In this document: positions 21,731-36,395 of the stretch, in pieces
How the letters are laid out: each line of letters begins with the position of its first letter
Position numbering within the stretch: position 1 is the stretch's first letter
Origin: Rhina ancylostomus
Lineage: Eukaryota
Direction of reading: 5' to 3'
Assembly: GCA_030265395.1 (NCBI GenBank)
Contig: JARFYF010000112.1
Span: forward strand, 75,960,747 to 76,024,746
DNA length: 64,000 nucleotides
The notes under the pieces: model-generated
The model's input: only the letters and a program-made list of their open reading frames with translations
What the model was told of the DNA's origin: nothing
The model's database searches: none
Position numbers and translations under genes: made by a program

Positions 21731-22639
21731 ATCACAAAAAAACACTATAGGTCTCTCTTCTTGCACCCCTTTCACATTGTACTATTTAGCAAGCATTGTC
21801 TAGCAAAATCAATACCAAAATCTATCACCTCATACCTTTCTACATTGAGTTTTGCCTGTCTTGTGTGCAACTTTTACAAGTCCTTATGTTAGATCGGTCT
21901 TCATGATACTTCGCTGAGAATATCTGATTTTGATAACACTAATTTCTACTAGCATCAAAGCAATGGTCAAAAACAGTTTCTTGATTTGGGCACACAATGT
22001 TATAGAATTGCACAGTATGCTTCTGAATTAATTTCACCTCTTTAAACTTTCTCCTTCATAAAATACTGCAGGTTTCTCAAAGGTCTGTAAATTAGGTACT
22101 CCCTGCCATACACCCTGAGATCTTCAAACTGCACTCAATAATAGCCTAGATATATATTTTAAATTCCATTATAGGAATGTGGTACCCCTTAAAATTTTAG
22201 CCTGTAATAATATATTTGCAGGAAATCTTAGAAATATGACTGTGGGTTAAGCTTATATAATGGTCCCCTTACATTGCTTTCACAATTGTATTATGCCTTA
22301 TAACACATGATGGAATAATACAAGGAGGCAACAGTGATTGATAGGAGTATCAAATAGCACTGAATTTTCCTTAAACAACAGCAATGAAGTCAGATGTTTG
22401 CCTGGTATGGGATGCCAATCCTGGTCCTTGGGGAATGTGTCAAGTTGCCATGTTACTGAGCCAAATCTATGGTGTAATTAAGACATCATTATATTCAGTT
22501 TCTACAAGCCAGGTGCTGGNNNNNNNNNNNNNNNNNNNNNNNNNNNNNNNNNNNNNNNNNNNNNNNNNNNNNNNNNNNNNNNNNNNNNNNNNNNNNNNNN
22601 NNNNNNNNNNNNNNNNNNNTGGTATAGAGTTCACACCAT

Positions 22640-22697
22640 TCAACCCACTTGGAGAGCAGATGGGCTCTCAGTTTTGTGTCTCATCTGAACAGAAGGA
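22640..22697 (-). mobile_element. DeuSINE fragment
   Basis: CCACTTGGAGAGCAGATGGGCTCTCAGTTTTGTGTCTCATCTGAA resembles the reverse complement of the Deu 5' portion. Confidence 0.5.
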
Positions 22698-23836
22698 TCT
22701 AAATAGATTAGGGGAGCTGGGCTGAGAAATGAAAAAAGATAGACAAGGAAATTAACTGAAAACCATGAGACTGGCAAAGAAACAAATATTGGAACAATAC
22801 CTGGTATAACTCAACAGGGTTTAACACAGAGCAGAAACTGGAGGTGTTGAGAAGTAGACTTAATTCAGCTCAGTCTGTGGCAATTGTATAGAGAAAAGTA
22901 CAGCAATGGGCTGCCATTCATTACTAGGCATCAGATATCTATGTTGCAAGAATGGGCTACAGAAGCTGAGTTCCCCTGCATCAGAGAAAATAAGAAATAA
23001 AAGCAGTAAGAGGTCATTCAGCCCTTCAGACATGGTTGATCTCCTAATTCAATGTCACTTTCCTGCACTAATCTCAGGTCCTTTGACTCCCGTAATCTAT
23101 AAAAAGCTTTTATCTCTGTTGTGAACAAAGTAACTACCTCTGGGGCAGAGAATTTCAAAGATTCTCAACCAAACCCTGTCACCAAAGGAAGGTATTCCTT
23201 CTTATCTCAATCCTAAATAAAATTGAACTGAGATCTTGATGCAATAAAAATCAGATTGTGGCCCTAAACCTCTCACATTTGAGAATGAATAGTATGACAG
23301 AATGAACTCTGAAAATAGGCACATTTTTAAAATCCCCTGAAAGTTAATTTCCAAATTACTATGACAAATCTCTTAATAAAATAAAACACTAGCCCTGTAT
23401 ACTTAAACAAGTAATTGCTAAATTTGTATGGAATTATGGGGGACTGTCACTTTTTTTAAAACAGGGATATCAGAGTGTGGCTGTTCAAACATCACCTGGG
23501 TCTATACAGAACTTGCATGTGGAAAATACTCTGCAAACTTTGAAAGCAGCCAAATTTGACACCCTGTTCTAGCAGCAACACACAGATATCAGAATTTAAA
23601 GGATTAAGATGAAATAAAAGACAAATTTTCTTTAAGCTACCTTGACTTTTGTTAAAAGGAAGGTTCACTTCCTCCAGACACTATGTATGTTGGTTTTATT
23701 TCTTCATATCAAATGGAAGTACGATCTTGATGGGTAATTAAAATTGGGAATTCTCTTCCCAATTTTCTCTCCTTCCTTTTAGGTCCTAAATTATACAAGG
23801 GTGCATATCACAGATGTTATCAGCTTTCCAACAGTT

Positions 23837-24622
23837 CAGAATCAGAATCAGGTTTATTATCACTGACATACGTTGTGAAGTTTGTTGTCCTGTGGCAGCA
23901 TTACAGTGCAAGACAGAAATTACTATAAGCCACAAAAATAAATAAATAAAGCGAAAGAGGAATAACGAGGTAGTGTTTATAGGTTCATGGACCATTCAGA
24001 AATCTGGTGGTGGAGGGGAAGAAGCTGTTCCTGAAGTGTTGAATGCGGGTCTTCAGGCTCCTGTACCTCTTCCCTGATGGTAGTAATGTGAAGAGGGCAT
24101 GTCGCGGGTGATGAGGGTCCTTANNNNNNNNNNNNNNNNNNNNNNNNNNNNNNNNNNNNNNNNNNNNNNNNNNNNNNNNNNNNNNNNNNNNNNNNNNNNN
24201 NNNNNNNNNNNNNNNNNNNNNNNGAGGGCATGTCCCAGATGGTGAGGGTCCTTAATGATGGATGCAGCCTTCTTGAGGCACTGCCTCTTGAAGATGTCCT
24301 TGATGGCGGGGAGGGTTGTGTCCGTGATGGAGCTGGCTGAGTCTACAAGTTTCTGCAGCGTCTTTCAATCCTGTGCATTGCAACCTCTGTACCAGGCAGT
24401 GATGCAACCAGTCAGAATGCTCTCTACCATACATCTGTGGAAATTCACAAGAGTCTTTGGTGACATACCAAATTTCCTCAAACTTCTAATGAAGTAGAGC
24501 CACTGGTGAGTCTCCATCATGATTGCATCAATATGTTGGGTCCAAGATAAATCCTCTGAGATGTTGATGTCCAGGAACTTGAAGCTGCTCACCCTTTCTA
24601 CTGCCAACCCCTCAATGAAGAA
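23837..24622 (-). mobile_element. Rex1/Babar LINE 3' fragment
   Basis: VERVSSFKFLDINISEDLSWTQHID..FHRCMVESILTGCITAWY, with a (CAGAAT)n microsatellite tail at 23837. Confidence 0.85.
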
Positions 24623-25119
24623 TTGAGCCAATAGTTCTGAATGATAATAAGCCCAAACATTTAATGTCAATCAGTTCCTCATTCTTAGAGAACAGCACAA
24701 CCAAGTAACATTCTAAGCTCATCTGCAGTCCACATGGGTATGTCAAAACTGGAATCTGCAGATGCAATTAGGAGAGGAAAGACCAGTTGCTTTTCCTCAT
24801 CCTAGTTCAGTATAACTGCTGTATCCCAACTGCTGATCCATCCCGAGCAGTCAGTTGGGAAACGTCTCTTCCTCTCTGTGACTCAGTGGTCCATGAGGCC
24901 TTTTACTAGTTTACTTTATTTGATAACATATCTAAATATCAGCATCATAGAAACTCTCAATTGCCTTTTACCTATTTTTCCTCTGAAATGAGGACATGCA
25001 ACTGGCAGGTGGAACCCTGGTGGCATCCTCCTGCAACCATTTGACCACAAGCAGCCACACCTGGGGAGCCCTGTACATGACTATTCTGCAAATAACATCC
25101 CAGCTTCATGTGTCTGGAA

Positions 25120-25220
25120 CAAAGAACAAAAAATGCTGGAAGAACTCAGCCAGTTAAGCAACATCTATAGAAAGAGAAACTAGTCAACATTTTGGGTTAG
25201 AGACCCTTTCTCAGAATGTT
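25120..25220 (-). mobile_element. Penelope-related short repeat
   Basis: Reverse complement reads TTCTGAGAAAGGGTCTCTAACCCAAAATGTTGACT..GCTGAGTTCTTCCAGCATTTT. Confidence 0.7.
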
Positions 25221-26814
25221 TTCCAATTTATCTGGATGCTGAGGAAAGCAATTAGTAGTCCTTACAAAATAAGCTATCATAAAGGTAAGGACATTTGTAT
25301 TTTTAAGGCTTACGTAGGGTCAGGAAGATCAGAATTACCCAACCAGGCCAATGAAAGATCTTCTGGATAACCACCTACTAGTTCCTACCATCTGCCATCT
25401 TCTCTACTTCCCTCAGTACTTGCCTGGTGTGTTTGTAAGTATGTGATATCTCATNNNNNNNNNNNNNNNNNNNNNNNNNNNNNNNNNNNNNNNNNNNNNN
25501 NNNNNNNNNNNATGCACATGTTTTAGCTGTTCTCCATATCTCCTACTAATATATTATATTCCTGATAATCTATAATCAACCCCAAATTGGCAATGAGGAC
25601 TTAAAGAATGGACTTTGCAGATAGTAAAATAGACCCAGAGTCAAACAATAAGATTTCTCTGCAAATCAACATGTTGGCAGCTACCATGGCAGGATGAGGC
25701 ACCAGCAGTGTTGCTGAGCATACAAGTCAAGCCACATTTGATTCCTCCACAATCTTGTTCTGATCCAGCAAAAGTAACTGGTCAAATTGAGTTTGCTATG
25801 GTGTTCTGTAGTTTGCCTCCCCCATCCAAACATTGTGCAATGAATTATTCTGAAGATACTCAATGCATGTTTTAAAGAGCATGACACATTTGGAAGTCTG
25901 CCTTCTGGAAAATAATATACAGACAAGAGGAGTAGGGAAGTGGTTTAAACAACACAAAGGCCATTTAGATAGTCAACAAGACCATGCAAAATTTATCATA
26001 TGGAGCTTGAAGATGATGCCTTGTATAAAGTTGTCACTGCTGCTGACAGAAATACATTGGGATAAAAATTCCTGATATTAACAAAAAGTTAGATTTCAAA
26101 TAAATGCAGAAGCTGCTGAAAATAGACAACTAATCTGTCAGCATCTGAAAAACAAAAGATGTTATAGAGAGGAATTCCAGAACAGGAATAAAAACTGGAA
26201 ACTTAACATTAACTAGTCTCAAAGGTCCTGTCAAATATGCCAAACATAGAAGCAGTTAATGGTTTAAACCCTTCTCAGTTGATAGCTCAAAGAGCTGGAA
26301 AGAAGAACTTAAGTATTGGATGACACATCAAATATTGTTAATCTGGCAACAAAATAGCATTGCAAAAAAACTTTGAATGGTGGGGGTTGGGCGGCGGGGT
26401 GCGGAGAATGGAGGTTGAATATGGATCCAAGATAAAAGCACTACAGTGTAAATAGGATGAGTGAAACAAGCCCACATAAGATTGTAAGCTCTCACAAACC
26501 CATTTTAAACAAATACAACAATGTTTTATCAGTGATGTGTAACAAATTATTTTCAATCTTTCATCAAAATGCAAATTGCTATATTTTAAAATTAAATTTA
26601 AATAATTGTAGAATCATCAACATGGAAGAAGGCCATTCTGCTCCTGCTATTTTTTTCAAAAGAATGATTCAAGTCGTCCCACCCCATTCTCTCCCAATAG
26701 GCTAGCAAAATTTTCCTTCTTGGTTGTAGAAAATGACAAAAGAAACTTATAAATGATGTTCTGATTCTCAAGCTGATACAAGGACCAGCTAGAAGCAACA
26801 CTAACTCTTGAAGG

Positions 26815-27320
26815 TGACAGGTTAAGTTGAGAAGTTGTGAAAGCATGTGGGATCCTTAACTTCATAAGCAGCAGCACAGGGTAGAAAGGCATGGGGATTA
26901 TGGTAAATCTTCATGAATCTTTAGGCTCCAGCTTAATTATTGCATCCTGTACAATGCACTATATTTTGGCAATTGCATTGAGGCTTTGAAGGTTCAGTGG
27001 AGCTTCATTAGAATAGCACCAGGGACCTGGAGTTTCAATTATAAAAAGAATGGGATTGTTCTCCTTCGAGAATAAAATGTTAAGGGGAAAACTTAACAGA
27101 TTCAAAATACTGAGGGAGCTTGATAATATTTTTATGTATTGAGTTTTTATGCTTCTGAACACAATAGCTGAAAGGACTGTAGAAGCAGAATCAATGAGGA
27201 TTTTCATTAAGTGAACATGAAAATTTTTGCTGAGCTCTGGGGAAAAGATGTAGGACTTTCAAAGATCAGCTCAGGCACCGTGGGCCAAATTGCCTCTGAG
27301 ATGAATCATTGTATGATTCG
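26815..27320 (+). mobile_element. Degraded CR1 LINE 3' fragment
   Basis: CAGGTTAAGTTGAGAAGTTGTGAAAGCATGTGGGATCCTT..GGGATTGTTCTCCTT..GTAGAAGCAGAATCAAT. Confidence 0.55.
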
Positions 27321-28577
27321 ATAATATCACTAAATAGCTTTTTAATACAGAATATTTAAAGAGCTCAGAGGAAAGAGAATACATGACTGTGAAAAGAAAA
27401 TTAAATTTTAAATTTAGTAAAACATTTGGGATGGTGGAGTCAAATAAAGGCAAATGAGAGTTTTTCAAAAATACACGATGGAACAGAAAAAGCCATGACC
27501 TTGAGATTCACGCCTCTTCCTTCAATTGTGTCTGACCTATTGACAAAAATCCCACAGAGACCCTGTTGGAATCCCCTAACAAGGCAGGGGATTTTTAATA
27601 ATGAATGTGAGTTTGGTAAAGAAATAGGTCTCGGCTTTCATTATTTGCAGTGGTTTTGTTATATTTTATCTATTGTACGTTCAGGATTCATGTCCTAGAT
27701 GGATTGATTACCCAACACTGCTCTATTAATTCACTGTTCTGCAGCTTGCTGTTTTATGTAATGCAGAATGCCAAGCAATTCAAAGCTATTGGATGCAGAC
27801 TGTTCCAGTTTCATAAATCAATGAAACACAGGCTGTTTAACATTCCTGTAATTATAGCTGGAGTGGTTTATTTCAGTTGTTATCCTTACTTTCAATTTAT
27901 TGTTACATTCTATAAAACTTGGGGCAGTTTTTCAGGTGAATTATGGTACAGCCTGGATTAGGAAAATCAGAAGCTGTTTGGGCTAGCTCCCAGTCATCCA
28001 ATAGTACTTTCAGTGTTTCCAGCTGGTTCATTAACACACCTGGCTAAAAATGATCAACTACATAAACCACGAATTACAGAATGCCAATCCTTGACAATAT
28101 TTTCTATCATTGCAGAAGTGGTAGTGGTCGTTTAGGTTTGCAGGGGAGAAATGTGGTCTTCAATTGGGAATAGCCTCTCTGCTTAATATAATTACTCAAA
28201 GCAATTATTCACATCAATAAAGGCATCAAAGTGAAATTTTAAGATTAAAATATCATTCTTGAGCCAACAATACTATCCAAATTATATTAGTGCATGATAT
28301 TAATCTCAGCAAAATACCAGTGTTATTTTGAAATAGTATTTCATAGACAAGGAATGGGAGGAAGACGCAGGGCTATTTAGAGCAGGACTGTTGCAGGAGT
28401 GAACAGGAGAACTAAAGGGATTGCATCCCACTGCAGGTATTGAACATTCCTCCTTTTATGGGCATCCTCTTGCAGGACCCCAGTGCCACATCCTAGAACC
28501 TTAGGGTCCTTTTCCTCACTTCCCCGAACCACATTGAAATATGCCATTGTGTATCAGCCAGGACCTCCAGACCTTCA

Positions 28578-28604
28578 ATTGTTGTTGTTGTTGTTGTTGT
28601 TGTT
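28578..28604. repeat. (TTG)n microsatellite
   Basis: About 8-9 tandem TTG units. Confidence 0.95.
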
Positions 28605-30519
28605 ATCTACTACCACAGTTACAGTTGTATGTTGTTTTCAATACAGTGCTAAATACCATAAATCCTACCATCATTTCTACTGAGATTCCTCATGCCTCTG
28701 TTCTCATTTTGTCTTACATCTTGACCAGACCACAGACAATGAACCATTTCCCTGTTAGAGTTGAAAAGTCATCACTCTGACCTGCACTCTCAGGTTATTT
28801 CCAGTGCTCCCAATTTAGCCAGACCAGTGTTCAGCTCTCTTAGTGAACCTTAGCCAGAGTGTATTATCTTGATATCAATAAGACATGGAATCTTTTAACT
28901 TGCTTCCACAACACAGTACATTGTTCTTTAAAGGCAAGTAGCTCAATCTGAGCCTGGGTCAGTTCACTCAGTAAATCTATAGTGAGGTAAGCCCTGTGGA
29001 TGTCATATTCATCCTCAGTACTTGTGCACTGTCATTTATCGTAACATCATCAAGCTTACCTGAATTAAACTTGCTACGACTCTTTGTGCTGATCTGATAT
29101 GTGGACCCTTGCATTGGTCGTGATGCTGATGAACCAAGGGTTTGACTCACACTGCTATGGAGAACTGTAAGTACTCCCATTGCTATGAAAATGCCAAATC
29201 ACTGGCTAAGTGATACTCTGAACCTAGGCTGCTGAAACTGGACTAATATCAGCTTTCAGGACATCTCACTATTTGTCTACTTTTCTGGCTCACCTGATGC
29301 TTTGCTCTGCAGGTTTGTCTTTTTCCACCTTATGATAGTTTCTACAGATGCTTCAGTAATGGACATTTGTTGCTCAAGTACCCCCACTGCCGATTTGCTT
29401 TTCTTGCTGCCCTAAAGCAAAGTGCACTGCTCAGTCAGCACTTTTAAAGTTGCACATTATTCTCTTTATGACCTGAGAGATTATTCTTTGTGACAGCACT
29501 CACATAACAACTGCACATCTCAGAATATCACTGCCACATCATCTCACCGTAATCCTTGGCTTTGATCTCTGACACAAAACTGTTGCCTTTATTCACCCAA
29601 CTTCTCCCTCATCTCCTCCTGGGAAGATCTCTCTTTGCTTACCTCCCTTACTAGCCCAAACTTCACATTTCTCTTTAAAAGGGCCATCATCAAACTTCAT
29701 CAGTAATGGAGCTGGTGTGTCACTATGCATTGATCACTACACCTGCCATTACGATAGGAGATGATTGTCCCTGTTACACCTTCATCTCAAGGTATATTTT
29801 CTCTCTGCTTCTCAGATAATGAAATGATAACCATCAGTCTCTTGTCTGCCATGACTACTCTGTTGCAGCTGGCCTGATACTCGAGTGAACTCTTCATTTC
29901 TTGGTGTTTCTCAAGCTGAGCTGATGATTGCTTGTTTGGGCAGGGCTAATGCATCCCAAAATTGGTTTATGGGTCCCTCACTGCTGATACTGTTATTCTG
30001 CCAAACACAGTTCCTCAGTTCCAGTAACCTATTATCATTGGTGGACCTCTCCATTCCAATACCATAAGNNNNNNNNNNNNNNNNNNNNNNNNNNNNNNNN
30101 NNNNNNNNNNNNNNNNNNNNNNNNNNNNNNNNNNNNNNNNNNNNNNNNNNNNNNNNNNNNNNNNNNNNNNNNNNNNNNNNNNNNNNNNNNNNNNNNNNNN
30201 NNNNNNNNNNNNNNNNNNNNNNNNNNNNNNNNNNNNNNNNNNNNNNNNNNNNNNNNNNNNNNNNNNNNNNNNNNNNNNNNNNNNNNNNNNNNNNNNNNNN
30301 NNNNNNNNNNNNNNNNNNNNNNNNNNNNNNNNNNNNNNNNNNNNNNNNNNNNNNNNNNNNNNNNNNNNNNNNNNNNNNNNNNNNNNNNNNNNNNNNNNNN
30401 NNNNNNNNNNNNNNNNNNNNNNNNNNNNNNNNNNNNNNNNNNNNNNNNNNNNNNNNNNNNNNNNNNNNNNNNNNNNNNNNNNNNNNNNNNNNNNNNNNNN
30501 NNNNNNNNNNNNNNNNNNN

Positions 30520-30594
30520 CAGCATGGAATCCATGTGCTGGACAACAAGGCATTAATAGAGCCAAATTGAGGACCAGAACTCAGAACCATGACA
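30520..30594 (-). mobile_element. Terminal part of LTR family A, truncated by a gap
   Basis: Reverse complement TGTCATGGTTCTGAGTTCTGGTCCTCAATTTGGCTC matches 49153 and 50548. Confidence 0.75.
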
Positions 30595-33079
30595 GTACCA
30601 CTGCCTTTGCCCTTAGGGACTTGGATCCCTGTGTAATATGCCCTATCCTGTGACAGTTACAACAGTGGGCCATCTAGAAAGGACATTCTTGAGGCTGTGT
30701 GCCTCCCACAATACCCCTGACAAGGCCCCCTCCATGACTTGCAAGTCCCTGCCTGTGGAATCATGTGACCTTTTGGTTTCTTGTTGAATCTACTTGTATG
30801 TGTCTACATGCCTAGGCTGCATAGAAGATGACCAGCTGTGGGTTTGTTTCCTGCCTGCATCACAGAATCAAGCTCAGAGGAGAACTGTTTTACATTTTGC
30901 ACTGGCCCTTTGTCTGTGTATGTTGCACATTAATTATTTGGAGAAATGTCAAAACATTTGGTTTAAAATGCTGATCAGATTTAACAGTTTCATACTTTAA
31001 TTATGTTGTTGTTGTAATTCAGCTGGAGAAGACTGGGTGGTGAAAGGGTTTAATTGCTGGCCTTTTAACTTTAGAACCAGGCCATATGAATGAAATGAAA
31101 GGTATCTCTGCCTGCTATGTGTGTCAGCTTTGTTTGGGCAATCAAAGTCTAGATCCTAATGGAAATAAACCGATAGCACTAAACTGCTCTCGATTTAGTA
31201 CAGTTTACCACTAACTTCATTCTGTGAAACCAGATGCTTGGAAGTAGTGCAAAAGCCAGCAGCTAGACAGATGGATGCAATTTTGTTGTTTCTGACTTAG
31301 AAGGGGTGACAGATAAATGCACAATTGTAAGCAGATCAGAAGATGTTACTTTATCAAATGAAACTACTCTATTTATAATAAAGCAGAGAGATGCTTTGGA
31401 AATATTCTTATCTCATTTGCCCCATTTAATGCAGGCCTGTCTTGTGGAGACAATAGGATGGACTGACATTCAGCAGGAAGCTTGCTTCTGAATGGAATGG
31501 TTCTGGGGTGGCATTCCTTCTTCTGAATCAGTTGCATCTGTTTGGGCTCCCTTGCACCCAGCTTTGTCTAAACTATAGGCTCTCTATAGGTGATTGATAG
31601 AAAGCAGGGTTAAGTATCCAATAGGTGGGGGTGGTCCTCCATTCCTTCCATTTAGTGGGTAGGAAGGATTCTTTAAATGCCGATCCAACACCTCTCCTCC
31701 ACCAGCAAAAGGTATTGAAAACATTAAAACATTGCAACTGCTCTATTTTGTGAAGCAGTACAAATGCATTGAGGAATGCAATGCAAAATCTACCTCAGCT
31801 ACAATTGCCTAGCGAGGCCTCACAAATCTTGAGCATGAGGTTGGTCCTAGACAGAATGACACTGCAGGATAAAGAGAGCAGAAGTTAACACGAGGCAACT
31901 TTAATTCTCTTTTCTCTGAATGACCAACATTTGGAATGGATTTTATTGTTGTCAGTGAAGTTGAAAATCCTGGAAACTATGGACTCATTCCCTTTGAATG
32001 AATTATCATAGCAATGCAATAGGAGTTGTACTATGGAATCTGAAGCTAAGACATAGGATCAGTGTAAGAACAGCTTTACCTAAAATCTTACCACTGTCAA
32101 TGTGTCACATCTCAAGAAAGCAATCACTTATTTTAAAGCACAGAGCATGTAGAGCTAAAAGAAGCCAAAAGGAAGTGACCTTATATTGTTGGGCAGTTTT
32201 ACAGATTGCAATAGGACAATTTGACAGATTAAATAATTAACACCCATTTCCATCTTGATGGACTTCATCAATCACATCCTGAAGTGTTGACAGTGACCCA
32301 CAGTGATAAATGAGTTCTCTTAATGTCAACGCTTTACATAGATTTTTCCAATTGCTTATTCCTGTTAACAAAAGTAAATTTCTTTTAATAGTTTGTTGTC
32401 CATGTTTCTGTAATGCTGGTTTGAAGTAGACAGAGGAAGAACAAGATTAATATCTATTGGACTGAAAGAAGAGCTATCAGAATGAGCAATGAGACATCCT
32501 TCCAAAGAAGCAAATGCTTTGGATACTGGAAATCTAAATAAATGCTTAAAATGCTGCAAATACTCAACAGCTGTGAAGGAAAAAAGCTATTGTTTCAGGT
32601 TGGTGAAATTTTATCAAATAGAATGGTAAAGTGAGAACATGAATAAATCGGCAATCACCTTGTTCATGATCAATCCAATGTGTCAGACATAATTGCAATG
32701 TTCCCAGGTAAATTGACCGAAAAGTGGTTGGCAACAGGCAACAGGCCCCTGTGGCTGGCAGTGGGCTGTCCCCTGTGCAACTCCTTGGTGGGGCAGGATG
32801 GTGTTCAGGCTCCCCATACCTAGTACAAGAAATGAGGATGAAATTACTCTAACAAATAGCTCTCTCTAGCCTAATCAGGAGTGTTAAGGCCTCATGAGGA
32901 AATAGGATTTGGTGCTGGCTGTGGGTGTGATGGGAAAAGATGACATCCAACATTTGTCTCAGTGAGAACTGTAGAGCACAGGAATAGGAAGGGAAGGCTT
33001 GAAGAACTCTAAGGCTACATGAGGAAAGGAGTGATGAGGTTTTAGGAGGTAATTCAAAAGGAGGTAATTCCTTCAACAG

Positions 33080-33250
33080 ATAAGATATCTTTATTAGTCA
33101 CATGTACATCGAAACACACAGTGAAATACATCTTTTGCGTTGAGTGTTCTGGGGGCAGCCCACAAGTGCCGCCACACTTCCGGCACCAACATAGCGTGCC
33201 CACAACTTCCTAACCTGCACGTCTTTGGATTGTGGGAGGGAACCGGAGGA
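33080..33250 (-). mobile_element. 5'-truncated V-SINE
   Basis: Near-identical to 3835-4010. Confidence 0.85.
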
Positions 33251-34234
33251 AAAAATAATGATGCAATTGCATCCAGTTCTGGTGAATCTCTGGAAGGAAA
33301 AAGGAATTTAAATGTTGTTATTGGTGTGCTCTATAAATGAAAACGCAGAACAATAATATTTCACAAAGTATTTTTGCATGGACTGAACATTTTTGTGATT
33401 AGTCCACTTTCCTTGAAGCACATCTTTAAAACAAACTACATATTGTTGAGAAACCTTACAGTAATACTTCACCAGGACAGTATTAGAGATAAAGGCTGTT
33501 AATGCAGTGAACCTGAACTTCCCTACTCCTGCCGTTGCAGATGTCTGTGGAAATGCACGACGTCATTTTGGGGCTGCCATGGAGACCAGCTCAGATACCT
33601 GAATGCTGCCATCTGCAGGGCCAGAGATAAGCAGTGAGTGAATTAAACTTTTGTCCAAGTCAGTACTGCAACTACAAAGAGTTTAAAGCTGTCAGGATTT
33701 TACACTCAAGGTAAATACTTTGGAAGGATTGCTTCTTTAGTAAAAGTAAAATCTCCAGCCAGGAACTTAATGACTGATTTTAGGGTCAAGGAGCAGTAGA
33801 GCTTATTTCCCACAAAGTTAAGGATTTTCATGTGAAGCTGAAATGTTTCCTGGTGATCTTGTTGTTTCCCCTTCATTCTCGCTAAGATTTAAAGCTGGAT
33901 GCCCTCAGTTCTCAGTTGCTACTTCTTCCCAAAGATTCACTCCTGTCTGGTCACCTCTATCCTGAAGTACGGGAAAGTAAATCGGAGATAAAAGATCAGC
34001 CTTGACCTTGGTAGATGGTGGACAGGCATGAGAGGGTGAATGGCCTACTCCTGCTTCTGTTTCTTACATTCTCGATGATCTGTTTGGAAACTGTTATGTT
34101 TGTGGACATGGGCATGCAATTGTTTTTTAGCCTATGTGCGTTTACATGAGTGTTAGTCTGCAGATATTGATCCAGTGTCAGGCTGACTCAACCAAATTGA
34201 CATCATTGATTGAATATCCAACATGGCTCACTAC

Positions 34235-34655
34235 CCTTTGGGTGACCCCTAGTTCTAGACACTCCTAACATCATCCAGGCACCAACCCTGCTAGAGCCAA
34301 TAAGAATTTTGAACATATCAATGAGATCCTTCTTCTAACCTCGAGAGTATGGGCCTAGTCTTCTTAATCTCTTCTCATGTGACAAAACTGCCTGCCAGGA
34401 AAGAATCTGGTGAACCTTCACTGCGCTCCCCCTGTTGCAAGTTTATCCTTCCCTAAATAGGGAGACCAGACCTGTACACAATATTCGAGATGCAGTCTCA
34501 CCTGGGCCCTATATAACTGGAGCAAGACATCTGTATTCTTGTACTCTAACCCTCTTGCAGTAAAGACTGACATACCTTTTGTCCTCCTAAGTACTTGTTT
34601 TACCTGCATGTTAACTTTCAGTGATTCTAGTACAAGGACACCCAGGTCCAATCAC
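34235..34655 (-). mobile_element. CR1 LINE fragment
   Basis: DLGVLV..SLKVNMQV..RGLEYKNTDVLLQLYRAQVRLHLEYCVQVWSPYL. Confidence 0.85.
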
Positions 34656-35431
34656 TACAGATGGTGATCAAGAGTAAGAAACAAAGCAGATTTTCTTTAC
34701 ATTGCTGAGGACTGAAATTAAGCAGAGATTATTAGAGATGGTTAAAACTAGCCTGATGAAAGAACTGATCATAATAAAATATAACTGTTGGCTCTGTGTA
34801 TACTTACATAATATTCTTAATTCTTTTGTCTTTTATATTTTTGCCAGCAAGCTGATTAATTGGTGGTTTGGAAAAGAACATAAAAGCTTAGAAATTATTG
34901 TGAACAAGCTTTACCAGATTCCACCCTCCACTATGTTATTATACAATTAATTAATGGGTTGACGCCTCATTAAGTACTTGTCTGATAACCTTGCTTTTAG
35001 TGACTTGTAAGCAGGGAAGTTACAAACCTAGAGTATTCAGACCTTTAAACTGAACAAGCCTGACCCATTTTCAGAAGTCCCACCCATTCTCCTTTTTGCC
35101 ATATAATTTCTTCTGCAATAATATGTCCAGTCATCTCTCAGATCTATTTATATAAACCAATCTTCCTTAGTACCTTTTTTCATAAACCCTTGATGGGAAA
35201 AATTCAAAATGACCTAATTTTACTTTTCTCTTATTTCCCATTTCTTAAGCCATGTGTCACTTCTATTGAGTGCATTGCTGCAGTTTACAATTAGTCAGGA
35301 GTGGTTCTGTATTAAACATGAAAAAGAGACTTGGGTGCTTATCTTTGATACCTGCTTAACGTGGGCACCAAGTGGGTGGAACAGCCCTTGCCTGAAGTTG
35401 CCATAGTGAGGCCACGATATTTCTCATGGAG

Positions 35432-35750
35432 TAAGAGTCAAAACAGCACAGAACCAGTTCACACTGACCATCGAGCACCAATTTACACTGATTCTACACC
35501 AATCCCATTTTATACTCCCCACGTTCCCATCAACACATCCCAGATTCTACCACTATCACTACACTCACCTGCACACAAGGGGAAAGTTACAGTGGCCAAC
35601 TAACCTACGAACCCGTATGCAATTTTCATATAGGTGGAAAGCCACATTGTCTCAAGAAGAAGAGGCAAACTCCCCACAGACAGCACCAGGATTGAATCTG
35701 GATCACTGGAGCTATTGGACAGCAGCTCCACCAGCTGTACCTCTGTGCTT
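35432..35750 (-). mobile_element. Older tRNA SINE with CR1-derived tail
   Basis: CAAACTCCCCACAGACAGCACCAGGATTGAATCTGGATCACTGGAGCT (reverse tRNA head) and CR1-tail-like ACAGCACAGAA. Confidence 0.7.
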
Positions 35751-36279
35751 GGAGAATTTCAAGGACAGCATGTACTGGTCACCTTTTCCCACCTTCCTAC
35801 ATCCCTTTCCTACAAAAAAAAACTAATTTTGTGGTTTTAATATTGATTTTTCCTTTTCTTCTTTGGAACTGTTGTTTAGAAATGTTGCATTTTTGTGTTT
35901 TCTTGATCCAATATCAATGAAAAATCACGATATTTCAAAGTTGAGGAGTTCACAAAATCTGCTGTTTCCTTCTGAGTACTCTGAGGGCCTGATGCATGGA
36001 GAACTGCCGTAGGTGTCATCCCTGTAATTTTCATTCATGTAGGGATTATCGACATCTGTTTCAGCGTGACTTAAAGAGGAACTGCCTGTAGATGAAACAG
36101 GCCAAAACTGTGAACCTGACTCAGGTATGTCCCCTCAAAGGAGCCACTTCCTTAGTTCTCCTATAAGGTCCTCCACTCTACCCTCATGGGAAGTGACCCC
36201 AATCTGCCCAAAACATTCATGCAACCACCTACGCTCCATTTGCTGAGATGCCCACCCAACATGGCATCCAAGATGAAAA

Positions 36280-36395
36280 ACAAAACTGAAGATGCTGGAA
36301 ATCTGATGAAGGGTCTTTGACCTGAAATGTTTACTGTTTCTCCTTCCACAGATGTTGCCTGGCCTGCTGAGTGTTTCCAGCATTTTCTGTTTTTA
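36280..36395 (+). mobile_element. Penelope-related short repeat with hammerhead-like core
   Basis: CTGATGA-AGGGTCTTTGACCT-GAAA-TGTT followed by the family arm. Confidence 0.75.
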
